Numbered from the stretch's first letter, positions 18,113-28,245 are shown. The stretch is DNA of 64,000 bases from an uncultured delta proteobacterium (GCA_963755125.1 CAVWIP010000010.1:64001-128000); one strand, 5' to 3'. The notes: a model not told the origin generated them from the sequence alone. Numbers and translations are program-made.

Positions 18113-20236
18113 CTAGTCGTCCGATTGCATGGCCTGGCGCGGGCTCACCCGCATGGCCAAAAGGCCGGGGTAGATGCTGGAAATCGCGCTCACCGCAAGC
18201 ACAATGCCAAGCGAGATGATGACGTTGGCCGGGCTCAGGCTGGGATGCAGGCGCGGGCCAGAGAACAGAAAGTAGAGAATGTCGTTGGCCGCCGGGATGC
18301 CCACCGCGCTGATCACGCCCACGATGCCGGCCCCCAGCAGCGCGCCCAGGCTGCCGAACAGAACACCCACTGCCAGCGCCTCGACCAGCAGCATGCCGAG
18401 CAGGAAGCGGCGCTGCGCACCCACCGCACGCAAGGTCCCGATCTCGGGCATGCGTTCCAGGGTGGCCATGACCAGGGCGTTGTTTATGATGACCAGTGCC
18501 ACGGCGAAAATGATGAGCACCGATATGTAGAGCACGGCGCGGATCATGGTCACGAACTGACCCACCAGACCGGAGGCCTTCTGCCAGGTGATGGCGTGCA
18601 AAGGAATCCCGGCCTTGGCGCCAGCCGCCTCGATTTCCTCTATGGTCTGCGAGATTCTCCGCGGATCCTTGACGATGACGGCCGCGTTGAGCACGTCGCC
18701 CTGCTCGAGTTGTGCCGGATCGTAGGGTTGGCTGGCGCGGTCCTCGCGCTGCTGCCGGCCCGCCAGGCTGCGCAAGGCCGCATCTGCCTCGTCGACGGGA
18801 CGCTGGGCGTTGCCCGCGACTGCCGACTCGCCCAGATCCGGCTTGCCGAAAAGCTCGGCCTCGGCCTGTTCGCGCGAAATCTCCTTCATGCCCGCCTCGG
18901 CTTTGATCTCCTGAACCTCCCGCTCGCGTTCCGGGGTGAGCGAGCCGTACAGTTCGCGGAAGGAAACCATGTCCATCAGGTTGAGCTCCCCGGCAATGTG
19001 CGAATCCTCCAAGCCCTGGAAGACGAAGGTGCCGTACACGCGCAGCTTCACCGACTGAACGTAGCCGCTCTTGGTGAAGGACTTGATGGTCAGCATGTCG
19101 CCCACGCGCACGCGGTAGAGTTCCAGCATGGGCGCTAGCCGGTCGTAGAAGAAGCGGTATCGCCGTGCAAAGTTGGCGTCGTCGACCCTAAAGAATTCCG
19201 CCAGCAGCTTGGCGACGTCGCTTTCCTGTTTGCCCAGCTCACCCTGCAGCAGACGGCGAAAGCTGGCCGTCTTCTGCCCGTCGAGCTGCAACATGATCTC
19301 CTTCACCTCGGTGGTGTTCTGCTTGATCCAGCGCTGCAGCTCCTCGCTGCCGGCGATGGTCTGGCTGCGCTTGGTGATGCCGTCGTTGATCCGATCCAAG
19401 CGCAGCGCGGTCTTCAGCTTCACCTGCTGCTCGTAGACCCACTTTGCAAACAAGAAGCCGCGCCGGCCGCGCGGAATGGCCGTGCCGTCGACGATCTTCA
19501 TGCGGTCGAACGACTTGGCAAAGGCGTCCACGTCGGTGCCTAGGTAGCGCAGGAACAGCATGTCCGCGTCGCTGGCGAGCGGCGCGATGCGATTTTCCAG
19601 AAACTCGAGCGCCAGATAGGGATCGCGATCGAAGCCTGCCCAGAATTCCGCCGAGGCCACCTTGGCCACTGCGGCCAAGTCGTCCTGGGAGATGGCCTTC
19701 TCGTTCTGGATCTTGCGCACGTTGTCCATGTCCGCGGACAGGACCGTGATGATCTGGCGCACGTGATCCTTTTCCGACTCGTAGGCGACCTGCACATTCT
19801 CGCCCGCCAGCTTGCGCCGGGCCAGATCGCGCAGCCGTTCCAGCACCACGTCCACTGTGTTGCCTGCGGTCACCATGGCCGACGAAAGGCCCATGGGGAC
19901 CACGGCCTTGACGTTGGGCACGCCCAGCAGCGTGCGGCGCAAGGCCGCGAAGTCGTCGATGGGCGCCAGGTCGGGCGCCTCCATGTTCATGTTGCCCATG
20001 ACGGTCAGCTCGTCCTTGGACTTGGCCGAGTAGACCTGGATGTGACCCGCCACCGAGCCGATCACGCTGCGGCTCATGGAGGCGTCCACGCTGTCCACCA
20101 GCGCTGTCCCCACCACCACCAGGAGCGAGCCGAACAGGATGATGCCGCCGACGATCAGGGTCTTGAGCCGACTGGCAAAGAGATTGCGCAAGGCGATCTG
20201 AACGATCACCTTGAGTGTGTCGAGATACCCGCGCAT
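18113..20236 (-). CDS. ABC transporter permease (FtsX/LolC-like) with very large periplasmic domain
   Basis: True start MRGYLD at 20236 (TGATG coupling to the ATPase gene); IALRNLF..RLKT; NALVMATLERMPEIGTLRAVG; PGLLAMRVSPRQAM. Confidence 0.88.
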   Translation of the reverse strand: MRGYLDTLKVIVQIALRNLFASRLKTLIVGGIILFGSLLVVVGTALVDSVDASMSRSVIGSVAGHIQVYSAKSKDELTVMGNMNMEAPDLAPIDDFAALRRTLLGVPNVKAVVPMGLSSAMVTAGNTVDVVLERLRDLARRKLAGENVQVAYESEKDHVRQIITVLSADMDNVRKIQNEKAISQDDLAAVAKVASAEFWAGFDRDPYLALEFLENRIAPLASDADMLFLRYLGTDVDAFAKSFDRMKIVDGTAIPRGRRGFLFAKWVYEQQVKLKTALRLDRINDGITKRSQTIAGSEELQRWIKQNTTEVKEIMLQLDGQKTASFRRLLQGELGKQESDVAKLLAEFFRVDDANFARRYRFFYDRLAPMLELYRVRVGDMLTIKSFTKSGYVQSVKLRVYGTFVFQGLEDSHIAGELNLMDMVSFRELYGSLTPEREREVQEIKAEAGMKEISREQAEAELFGKPDLGESAVAGNAQRPVDEADAALRSLAGRQQREDRASQPYDPAQLEQGDVLNAAVIVKDPRRISQTIEEIEAAGAKAGIPLHAITWQKASGLVGQFVTMIRAVLYISVLIIFAVALVIINNALVMATLERMPEIGTLRAVGAQRRFLLGMLLVEALAVGVLFGSLGALLGAGIVGVISAVGIPAANDILYFLFSGPRLHPSLSPANVIISLGIVLAVSAISSIYPGLLAMRVSPRQAMQSDD

Positions 20237-20970
20237 CAAGCCGGCCTTCCCGCGGGCAGCCCGCCCGCGCGCACCGCCTCCTCGGCCGACACGCGATCCT
20301 GGATTTGCCCATCGGCCAGCCGCACCACCGCGCTGGCATAGGCCCACACGCGCGCGTCGTGGGTGGAGAAGATGAAGGTCGTCTTCTCGCTGTGATTCAG
20401 CTCCTTCATCAGATCCAGGATGTTGGTACCGGTGACCGAATCCAGGTTGGCGGTCGGCTCGTCGGCCAGCACCAGCTTGGGCCGCGTGACCAGCGCGCGC
20501 GCGATGGCCACGCGCTGGCGCTGCCCGCCGGAAAGCTCGCTGGGCCGGTGCTTGCTGTACTCGCTGATGCCCACACGGTCGAGCAACGCGAGCACGCGCT
20601 CTCGCCGTTCGCGCGCGGTCAGCACCCGCTGCAAGAGCAGTGGCAGTTCCACGTTCTGCAGCACACTGAGCACCGACACCAGATTGAAGCTCTGGAAGAT
20701 GAAGCCGATGGTGTGCAGGCGCAGCCGGGTCAACTCCCGCTCGGACAGCAACCCGGTCTGCTTGTCGTCGACGATGACCGTGCCGGAGCTGGGCGTGTCC
20801 ACGCAGCCCACCAGATTGAGCAGGGTGGTCTTGCCGCTGCCCGATGGTCCCGCGATGGCAAGGAATTCCCCCTCGGCCACGTCCAGGCTGACCCCGCGCA
20901 GCGCCGGGACCACGACCTGGCCTAGGTTGTAGTTCTTGCTCACGTTGCGGACAGAGACGATGTGGTTCAT
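20236..20970 (-). CDS. ABC transporter ATP-binding protein (LolD/MacB-like)
   Basis: Walker A GPSGSGKTT, LSGGQRQRVAIARAL, LADEPTANLD, STHD. The start could be 20997. Confidence 0.95.
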   Translation of the reverse strand: MNHIVSVRNVSKNYNLGQVVVPALRGVSLDVAEGEFLAIAGPSGSGKTTLLNLVGCVDTPSSGTVIVDDKQTGLLSERELTRLRLHTIGFIFQSFNLVSVLSVLQNVELPLLLQRVLTARERRERVLALLDRVGISEYSKHRPSELSGGQRQRVAIARALVTRPKLVLADEPTANLDSVTGTNILDLMKELNHSEKTTFIFSTHDARVWAYASAVVRLADGQIQDRVSAEEAVRAGGLPAGRPA

Positions 20971-21103
20971 GGGTTTGGCTCGTTGTTCGTCGGGCATCCC
21001 AGGCTAGCAGCCGATGCAGCGCCTGCGAGGTGTGATTAACAGTTGAACGGAGTTTGGCGTCAAGCCATCCTTCTCCTCGACCATCAAACCCGGAGCCGTT
21101 TGC

Positions 21104-21772
21104 ATGCCTGTTCTCGAGATTGCGCCGTCGATCCTGTCTGCTGATCTCACGCGCCTGGCCGAACAGGTGAAGCAAGCGGAAGCCGCCGGGGCCGAGCGCA
21201 TCCACGTCGACGTGATGGACGGACGCTTCGTTCCCAACCTGACCTTTGGGCCGATCATGGTGGAGGCCGTGCGGCGGTCGACCAAGGCCGTGGTCGAGGC
21301 TCACCTGATGATCGTAGAGCCCGAAAAGTACATCCCCGACTTTGCCAGGGCGGGCGCCGACATCATCCAGGTACACCAGGAAACCTGCCCGCACCTGCAC
21401 CGGACAATTCAACAGATCCACGAGCTAGGCAAGAAGGCCTGCGTGGTGCTCAACCCCTCCACGCCGCTTGTGACAATTGAGGAAGTTCTTTGTGACGTGG
21501 ACGAGGTGTTGATCATGACAGTGAATCCGGGTTTCGGCGGCCAGAAGTTCATCGAAACCACGCTGCCCAAGATCGCGCGCCTGCGACAGATGCTCGACCA
21601 GCGCGGTTTGCACTGCGACCTCGAGGCAGACGGAGGTATCGGCCCGGCCACGGCGCGGGCCGTGGTCAAGGCAGGCGCTCACGTCCTGGTCGCCGGGGCC
21701 GCTGTTTTCGGGGCCAAGCAGGGCGTGGCCGCAGCGATCCAGGCGATCCGCGCAGCAGCTCAAATCGGCTAA
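21104..21772 (+). CDS. rpe: Ribulose-phosphate 3-epimerase
   Basis: [41 protein letters not shown]. Confidence 0.97.
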   Translation: MPVLEIAPSILSADLTRLAEQVKQAEAAGAERIHVDVMDGRFVPNLTFGPIMVEAVRRSTKAVVEAHLMIVEPEKYIPDFARAGADIIQVHQETCPHLHRTIQQIHELGKKACVVLNPSTPLVTIEEVLCDVDEVLIMTVNPGFGGQKFIETTLPKIARLRQMLDQRGLHCDLEADGGIGPATARAVVKAGAHVLVAGAAVFGAKQGVAAAIQAIRAAAQIG

Positions 21773-21818
21773 CGCGACAGGCGCCGCTGGCGGGCGATCT
21801 GACTTCTGCGCGAAACGA

Positions 21819-22559
21819 TCAGCCGCCGCCATCCGTGGCAGTGCCAATACCGCGACCCGTGGCGCCTCCGCGGCCAGTGGCAGTCCCACGGCCGCCAACC
21901 GACCCGATGCCACTGAACGTCCCGATGCCACTGAACGTCCCGATGCCGGTCCCCGTCCCACGCCCACCAATCGTCCCGACGCCGGTGGCCGTCCCGATGC
22001 CAGTGAACGTCCCACGCCCACCAATCGTCCCGATGCTGGTCGCCGTCCCGATACCGCTGAACGTCCCGATGCCGGTCCCCGTCCCACGCCCACCAATCGT
22101 CCTGGTGCTGGTCGCCGTATTGATGCCGGTGGACGTGCCACGGCCGGTTAGCGTTCCGGCGGTGAACGTCCCCGTGCTGGTGTCCGTCCCAGCGGCGTCT
22201 GCCACGACGCCAGCGTCAGTCAGCCCAGTGGGGAACGGGAGCGGCACGACGATCCCGCCAGTCGCTGTGACACCGCCTGCGCCTGCGGGTGGCGCGGTTT
22301 CGCTGCCGGCCTGCCCAGACTGGCCAGCGCTTCCGGTGTCGGTTTGCCCGAACCCTGCTCCACCCGCGCCGGTGACGGACCCTCCCTCACCTCCAGTGTC
22401 AGCGACGCCGCTCGTCGCGCCACCTGTGCTCGCCTCGCCCGAAGCAGGGTTTTCTGGCGGCGCGGGGCCATCCAGTTCCGTGCGTGCGCAGGCGTGCAGC
22501 AATGCCATCCCGGCGACGAGGGGCCAGGCCAGCAAGAGCAAGCGGCGATTGGTCTTCAT
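21819..22559 (-). CDS. Gly/Thr-rich lipoprotein with C-terminal hexapeptide repeats
   Basis: GGAGGA RBS; MKTNRR followed by a hydrophobic stretch and lipobox LHAC; about 17 GTxxG[IR] repeats. Confidence 0.75.
   Translation of the reverse strand: MKTNRRLLLLAWPLVAGMALLHACARTELDGPAPPENPASGEASTGGATSGVADTGGEGGSVTGAGGAGFGQTDTGSAGQSGQAGSETAPPAGAGGVTATGGIVVPLPFPTGLTDAGVVADAAGTDTSTGTFTAGTLTGRGTSTGINTATSTRTIGGRGTGTGIGTFSGIGTATSIGTIGGRGTFTGIGTATGVGTIGGRGTGTGIGTFSGIGTFSGIGSVGGRGTATGRGGATGRGIGTATDGGG
21834..22172 (-). repeat. Imperfect 18-bp coding tandem repeat (GTxxG[I/R])
   Basis: Units such as GTGTGI GTFSGI GTATSI GTIGGR recur, and the DNA shows recurring cgtcccgat and acgcccaccaatcgtcc. Confidence 0.85.
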
Positions 22560-22724
22560 GGTGTCCTCCGTGCTGCTCACACTCGAAAATCGGCAAATGG
22601 AGCGAAGAAAATCCTACCCCTGCATTCAGCAAACGCCCGAATTTCGTACATGTTCACCATTGGCCAACGCAGCGTCGAACCAGGCCCCTGTACGATTCCC
22701 CTCATGGTCGAGCGCCGCCTTCCG

Positions 22725-23657
22725 TTACAGGTTGTCCAGCACCGCGCGCAACTCGGGCGCGTGGCGACCAGTGGGGGCAAGTTCCAGATACTTCTTGTAC
22801 GCAGCCTTGGCTTCGGCCGGTCTTCCCATCTCCTGTTCGGCCCCACCCAGGAAGACGTATGCGTCGGCCAAGTCGTGCTTGAGCTGCAAAGCCTTTCTCG
22901 CCCAGGATCGCGCCTCGGCCGCGTGGCCAAGATCGATCTCGGCGCGGGCAAGCATCGCCATGATGTCGGCTGCCTCGGGCTCGGCCTCGATGGCCGGGCG
23001 GCACGCTGCCAGGACCACCATCGGCTTGCCCTTGCCCCCGGCATTGGCCTTGCGACAGCGTTCGCCGGGCCCCTCGGTCCCTGGCGTGGCCGTGCCGGGT
23101 GCCTGCTCGATGGTTTCGGCAGGCGCGGGAGCTGCGACTTCTTCCTGTGCGACAACCGGGGCGGCAGGCGGCGGTACGCCTGCCACCGGCTGCGCGGCAA
23201 CCTGTTCGCCCACTGCCATCGCCGGCGAAGTGTTGGCAGCCGCCGCTATGGCTTGCGGCGGGGCGGAACGAGACGATCTCGTGACTCCGCCCCTCCTCGG
23301 GCCGAGGTGCATAGCATACGAGCCTCCGGCCGCAACGAAAATGGCGGCCACCGCCAGCAGCGGCCAGCGGCGCACATGGTGAAAGACGTCGCCACTCGGC
23401 TTGTCAAGCACCGGCCAGTTCCTGATGATCTCGTCTTCGGCCGACGAGTCGAATGCTGTGGCCTCCTCCTCTATTGCGGGTCTGTCGTCGCCTGACTGGA
23501 CCGGCGCTGCTTCGTCGACGATGCCTGCGCCCTCAGGGACAGAGTCTGCAGCCATAGCCGGCGGCTCAACTACCTGAATCCCATCCTGCACCGCCACGCG
23601 TTCCGTCGGCTGACTGCCATCTCCCGATGCTGAACGTTCGTTGGACAGCGAGTCCAT
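22725..23657 (-). CDS. Bitopic membrane protein with C-terminal TPR domain
   Basis: GAGGAGG RBS; acidic N-terminus; TM segment WPLLAVAAIFVAAGGSY; TPR motif ADAYVFLGGAEQEMGRPAEAKAAYKKYLELAP. Confidence 0.8.
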   Translation of the reverse strand: MDSLSNERSASGDGSQPTERVAVQDGIQVVEPPAMAADSVPEGAGIVDEAAPVQSGDDRPAIEEEATAFDSSAEDEIIRNWPVLDKPSGDVFHHVRRWPLLAVAAIFVAAGGSYAMHLGPRRGGVTRSSRSAPPQAIAAAANTSPAMAVGEQVAAQPVAGVPPPAAPVVAQEEVAAPAPAETIEQAPGTATPGTEGPGERCRKANAGGKGKPMVVLAACRPAIEAEPEAADIMAMLARAEIDLGHAAEARSWARKALQLKHDLADAYVFLGGAEQEMGRPAEAKAAYKKYLELAPTGRHAPELRAVLDNL

Positions 23658-23732
23658 GTGTTCCTCCTCGCTTGCGACGGGCTGTTCTGCTGTCCCATCA
23701 GTGTTTAAGATGCACCCCGCGTTCTTCGGGCG

Positions 23733-23759
23733 TATTGCCGGAAGGTAAAGTCATGTAAA
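23733..23759. promoter_or_regulatory. GTAAA-N5-GTAAA direct repeat with adjacent TATTGCC (OmpR/CpxR-type site)
   Basis: TATTGCC ggaag GTAAA gtcat GTAAA; the same arrangement recurs at 28246-28282. Confidence 0.6.
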
Positions 23760-23767
23760 TCGGTGCG

Positions 23768-26700
23768 CTAGTGCGAGGCAGTCACTGTGCCGGCCAGAGT
23801 GCCGGTCACGCCCTGGAACGCAGCCGTCACCGTGATCGGGCCGGCGCTGACTGCGGTGAGCAACCCGCGCGAACCCGCGGCGTTCGAGACCGTGGCCGTG
23901 CCGTCGCTGGACGACAGCCAGGTCACGTTGTTTGTGATGTCGAGGGTGACGACGGACGCGTCGCCGCCCCATGTACCGGTGGCCGTGAGCTGCTGGTGGC
24001 CGCCCACCGCGACGCTCAAGGGAGACGGTGTGATGGCGATAGAGCTCAATGTCGCCCCACTGACCGTGAGCAGCGTAGTTCCCGATACGCCCTGATAGCT
24101 GGCGGTGATGGTCGTCGAGCCAGCCGCAATGGGCGTGGCCACCCCGGCCGACCCAGCGCCGGTTCCGACGCTGGCCACCGTGGTATCCGAAGAGGTCCAG
24201 GTTGCGCTTGCCGTCACCACTCCGGTGGAGTTGTCATCGTAGATCGCCGTGGCTACGAACGCCTGACCGATACCAAGCACCGCAGTCGGATTCGTAGGAG
24301 TCACCTGCACCGTGGTCACCTTCTTCGAAACCACGGTCAGCGTGGTGGAGGCCGACATCCCGTTGTATGTGGCTGTGATGATGGTGGTGCCTGCGGTCAG
24401 CCCCGTGGCGCGGCCTGTGGTCGCGCCCGAGTTCGAGATGACCGCCACGGTCCCGCTTGACGACGACCAGCTAGCCGACGTCGTCACATTCGCCGTGCTG
24501 TAGTCCGTGTAGATGGCGGTGGCCACGAATGCCTGGCTGGGACTCAGCAGGCTCACCGTCGGGTCAGTCGGCGTGATCTCGATCGACAGCAACGGTGGGT
24601 TGTTGACGGTCAGCGCCGCGGTTGCAGTTTCGGTAACCCCGTTCTCGGTGTAGCTCGCGCCGATGGTCGCAGTGCCCACCGCGAGCCCGGTTGCCGTGGC
24701 GCCACCCACAACTCCCCCGAACCCACCTCTGCCGCCGCCGGCCGTGCTCATCACCGCGACGGTCGCATCAGACGAGGTCCAGGTTGCGGTGGTGGTCACG
24801 TTGGCGGTACTGCCGTCGTCATAGACCGCCGTGGCCACGAACGCCTGGGTCTGCCCGACGAGAATGGTAGCGGTTGCCGGGGTTATCGCCAGGCTGGTAA
24901 GCACAGGCGCGGTCACAGTCAGCGCCGCCGTGGCGCTGAAACCACCGTAGGCCGCGCCGATGGTCACACTTCCAGCGTCTCCCACGGCCAGGCCCGTGGC
25001 CAGACCACCTGTGCCTCCGCCCCCGATTGCTCCACGGCCGCCCCCAGCCCCGGCAGTGGTAATGGAGGCCAGCGTCCCGTCCGAGGTGCTCCACACGCAG
25101 TTAGCATTGTTGGTCACCGCCGTGCTCGTCCCGTCGCTGTAGGTGGCGTACGCCGCAAACTGCTGCGTCCCGCCCACCCGCACCGAGGCAGTGGCTGGCG
25201 TGATGTAGAGACCAACCTGGGTCAGTGGCGCCGTGATCGTGAGTGTCGCGGTCGCGCTGAACCCACCGAAGGTGGCATTGACCGTCACGTTGCCAGCGGC
25301 CACGCCCGTGGCAAGGCCGCCAGCGCCCCCGCCCCCGATGGCGCCGCGGCCGCCAGCGCCCCCGGCGGTGGTGACCGTGGCCAGCGTTCCGTCAGAGGTG
25401 GTCCATGAGCAGTTGGCGTTGTTGGTCACCGCCGTGCTCGTCCCGTCACTGTAGGTGGCATACGCCGCAAACTGCTGCGTCCCATTGACCTGCACCGAGG
25501 CCGTGGCCGGCGTGATGTAGAGGCCCACCTGCGTGGCAGGCACAGTGACGGTGATGCTCGCAGTTGCCGTGAACGTCTGACCGCCGGTCGTATAGGTCGC
25601 CGTGATGGTCGCGGTTCCTGCGCCAGCGCCGGTGACCGACAAGCCTCCAAACCCACCGCGACCGCCCCCCAGCGCAGCCACGGCGGCCACCGTCCCGTCG
25701 GAGGTGGTCAACGTCACCCCGGTCGTCACCGCTGTGGTGCTTCCGTCGCTGTTTTCCAGCACGACCGTGTAAGTCTGACTGGCGCCGACGTTGATCGTGG
25801 CGGTCGCAGGCGTGAGATTGATCCCTGTCGGCGTCACCGGGTTGGTCACCGTGAGTGTCGCCGAATCGCTGAGCGTGGTGGTCCCGCTGGTGTAGGTGGC
25901 GGTGATGGTGGTGGTTCCCGCGGACACACCCGTCGCCGTGGCCGCTGCCGCCGGAGCGCCTGGGAACCCACCGTCGGTCCCGCCCACCACGATGGTGGCC
26001 ACACCGGTCAACGACGACGACCAGGTCACGCCCGTGAGCGTCGTGGTCGTGGTTCCGTTCTGGTACACGCCGGTGACCCGGTACGCCTGGGTGGTGCCCG
26101 CGGCGATGGTGGCCGTCGCGGGTGTCACCATGATCGACACCAGAGCCGGCGCGGTGACGGTCAGGGTTGCCGTCCCCTGCACGCCAGAGTAGGTCGCCGT
26201 GATGGTCGCAGTCCCGGCGGTCAAGGAAGTCGCAAGGCCGTTGCTTCCGGCTGCGTTCGACACCTGGGCCACGGCGATATTGCTGGACGACCAGGTGGCC
26301 TGGGTCGTGATGTCCAGTGTGGTCGAGTTGTCGTAATTCGCCGTCGCAGTGAACGCTTGTGTATTGCCCGCGCTGACAGTCGCAGCGGCTGGTGCCACGG
26401 TAATCGACACCAGGCTGGGATTGGCCACGGTCACTGTAGCCGACCCACTCACCCCGGAGAGCGTCGCGGTCACCGTGGTACTGCCAACCTTCACCCCAGT
26501 GACCTGACCAGCCGCGCTCCCCACGTTCCCCACCGTCGCGATCGCACTGTTCGCGACTGTCCAGGTCGCGGTTGCTGTCACGTCCTGCGTACTCTGGTCC
26601 GCATATGTCGCGGTCGCCGCGAGCGAAAGAGAAACCCCGACTGGCACACTGGCCGGATTGGGGGTCACTGCAATGCTGACCAGCCGAGGCGCGGTGACTG

Positions 26701-28102
26701 TGACAGCCGCGGTTCCGGTCACACCAGATAGCGCAGCCTGGACATTGGCCGTGCCCAGGGCCAAAGCCGTGGCCTGGCCACGGGTTCCGGTCGCGTTGGA
26801 GAGAGACAGAACGGTGGTGTCGCTGGAAGACCAGGTCACCGAATTGGTGAGATCGGCAGTGCTCCCGTCCGCGTAGCTTCCCTGTGCCGTGAACGAATTC
26901 GTGCCGCCCACGACGATTGTGGCCGTGGCCGGGCTCACCGTTATAGAGGTCAGCGTCGGCGACGTCACCATCACCGGGGTCGTGCCAGTAATGGTGCCCA
27001 GGGTGGCGGTGATCGAGGTTGTCCCCGCGGCCACCGCCGTGGCCAGGCCAGCAGTCGCCCCGCTGGCGACCACGGTGAGGACGGTCGCATCGCCCGTTGA
27101 CCACGTCGCCTGCTGGGTCACATCGCCCGTGGAGTTGTCGTCGTACACAGCGGTGGCCATGAACTGTTGAGTCACTCCCCGCTGCAGAATCGGCTGGGTG
27201 GGTGTGATCTGGATGCTGCTGACCTGCTTCGCCACCACAGCCACTTGAACCGTCCCGCTGACCGTCTGAATGGTGGCTGTCACGGTGACCGTGCCCGCAC
27301 TCACGCCGGTGACCTGGCCCTTTGTGGTGGCGGCGTTGCCCACGGTCGCGATGGCCGCGCTGGAAGAGATCCAGGTCGCCTGCGCCGTCACGTCTTGCTT
27401 GCTGCCGTCGGCGAACACGCCTGTTGCCACCAGGTTCACCGTCTGCCCGATGGGCACCGGCGCCACCGCCTGGATGCTGATCGACTGCAGCGCAGTGGCG
27501 ACCACTGTCACTGTTGCCGTGGCGGTCTTGCCCTGGTAGCTGGCCGTTATGGTGGCCGTCCCGGCCTTCACACCACTGAGTGTCGCTCCGGACACGGTGA
27601 GAATAGACGTGGAGCCAGACGTCACTGTCGAGGAGCTGGACACATCTTTCGTGCTCCCGTCGGAATAGACAGCCGTGATCACAACTGAGAGTGGAACCCC
27701 GACGTTGACGGTTGGATTGGGTGGCGAGATCTCGATGCTCGACAGGGTCGGACCGGTGCCAACACTGACGTCCCGGGATCCATCAATAGCCGTCGCCGCT
27801 TCGGCCCGGTTTGCATCAGCCGACGGCACATCCCTGGCGGTGGCAGGCCCGTCAGCCTCGGCACGGACATCGGGCGTGCCGCCACCGCTCCTGCTGTCGG
27901 GAGACCCAACCTCGGTTCCCATCTGTGTTCCGGGGTTGCCATCGAGGAGGGCAGGTTGGGTTCCACCGTCGAAGCGCCCAGCAGCATTGCCGTCCGCCGC
28001 CGGGCCTCCGTCGCCGCTGGCCACGTGAAGCCCGCTGCGTCCGCCGCAAGCGCCGAGCGCGCCGATCAATCCCAGACAAAGCACCAGTCTTGTTCTCGTC
28101 AT
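23768..28102 (-). CDS. Large surface lipoprotein with 14 bacterial Ig-like (Big_2-type) domains
   Basis: Lipobox LGAC after MTRTRLVLC (AGGAGA RBS); 14 repeats of L.SI..TP...Q.F.ATA.Y.D....VT..ATW.SSD..VA. An alternative upstream ATG lies at 28171. Confidence 0.9.
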   Translation of the reverse strand: MTRTRLVLCLGLIGALGACGGRSGLHVASGDGGPAADGNAAGRFDGGTQPALLDGNPGTQMGTEVGSPDSRSGGGTPDVRAEADGPATARDVPSADANRAEAATAIDGSRDVSVGTGPTLSSIEISPPNPTVNVGVPLSVVITAVYSDGSTKDVSSSSTVTSGSTSILTVSGATLSGVKAGTATITASYQGKTATATVTVVATALQSISIQAVAPVPIGQTVNLVATGVFADGSKQDVTAQATWISSSAAIATVGNAATTKGQVTGVSAGTVTVTATIQTVSGTVQVAVVAKQVSSIQITPTQPILQRGVTQQFMATAVYDDNSTGDVTQQATWSTGDATVLTVVASGATAGLATAVAAGTTSITATLGTITGTTPVMVTSPTLTSITVSPATATIVVGGTNSFTAQGSYADGSTADLTNSVTWSSSDTTVLSLSNATGTRGQATALALGTANVQAALSGVTGTAAVTVTAPRLVSIAVTPNPASVPVGVSLSLAATATYADQSTQDVTATATWTVANSAIATVGNVGSAAGQVTGVKVGSTTVTATLSGVSGSATVTVANPSLVSITVAPAAATVSAGNTQAFTATANYDNSTTLDITTQATWSSSNIAVAQVSNAAGSNGLATSLTAGTATITATYSGVQGTATLTVTAPALVSIMVTPATATIAAGTTQAYRVTGVYQNGTTTTTLTGVTWSSSLTGVATIVVGGTDGGFPGAPAAAATATGVSAGTTTITATYTSGTTTLSDSATLTVTNPVTPTGINLTPATATINVGASQTYTVVLENSDGSTTAVTTGVTLTTSDGTVAAVAALGGGRGGFGGLSVTGAGAGTATITATYTTGGQTFTATASITVTVPATQVGLYITPATASVQVNGTQQFAAYATYSDGTSTAVTNNANCSWTTSDGTLATVTTAGGAGGRGAIGGGGAGGLATGVAAGNVTVNATFGGFSATATLTITAPLTQVGLYITPATASVRVGGTQQFAAYATYSDGTSTAVTNNANCVWSTSDGTLASITTAGAGGGRGAIGGGGTGGLATGLAVGDAGSVTIGAAYGGFSATAALTVTAPVLTSLAITPATATILVGQTQAFVATAVYDDGSTANVTTTATWTSSDATVAVMSTAGGGRGGFGGVVGGATATGLAVGTATIGASYTENGVTETATAALTVNNPPLLSIEITPTDPTVSLLSPSQAFVATAIYTDYSTANVTTSASWSSSSGTVAVISNSGATTGRATGLTAGTTIITATYNGMSASTTLTVVSKKVTTVQVTPTNPTAVLGIGQAFVATAIYDDNSTGVVTASATWTSSDTTVASVGTGAGSAGVATPIAAGSTTITASYQGVSGTTLLTVSGATLSSIAITPSPLSVAVGGHQQLTATGTWGGDASVVTLDITNNVTWLSSSDGTATVSNAAGSRGLLTAVSAGPITVTAAFQGVTGTLAGTVTASH

Positions 28103-28245
28103 GAATTCTGCTTCTCCTGTGTCCCCACGCGAGCCAGTCCTTACCGATAAAGTGCTCTTCATCGAGTCCATGGGTTCCTCCGGGTTTGGGCTCCGCCGCT
28201 TGCTTCGCCGCGCGCGTGTAGGATGCCGCGCCCGTTCTCGAAACC

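Noticed and set aside
20237..21421. N-terminal 395 aa of the 1102-aa ORF
   Set aside because: It overlaps the ABC ATPase in another frame and rpe on the opposite strand. The permease begins at 20236.
21835..23382. 515-aa plus-strand Pro/Val repeat ORF
   Set aside because: It is the mirror of the Gly/Thr repeat lipoprotein, which has the RBS and lipobox on the minus strand.
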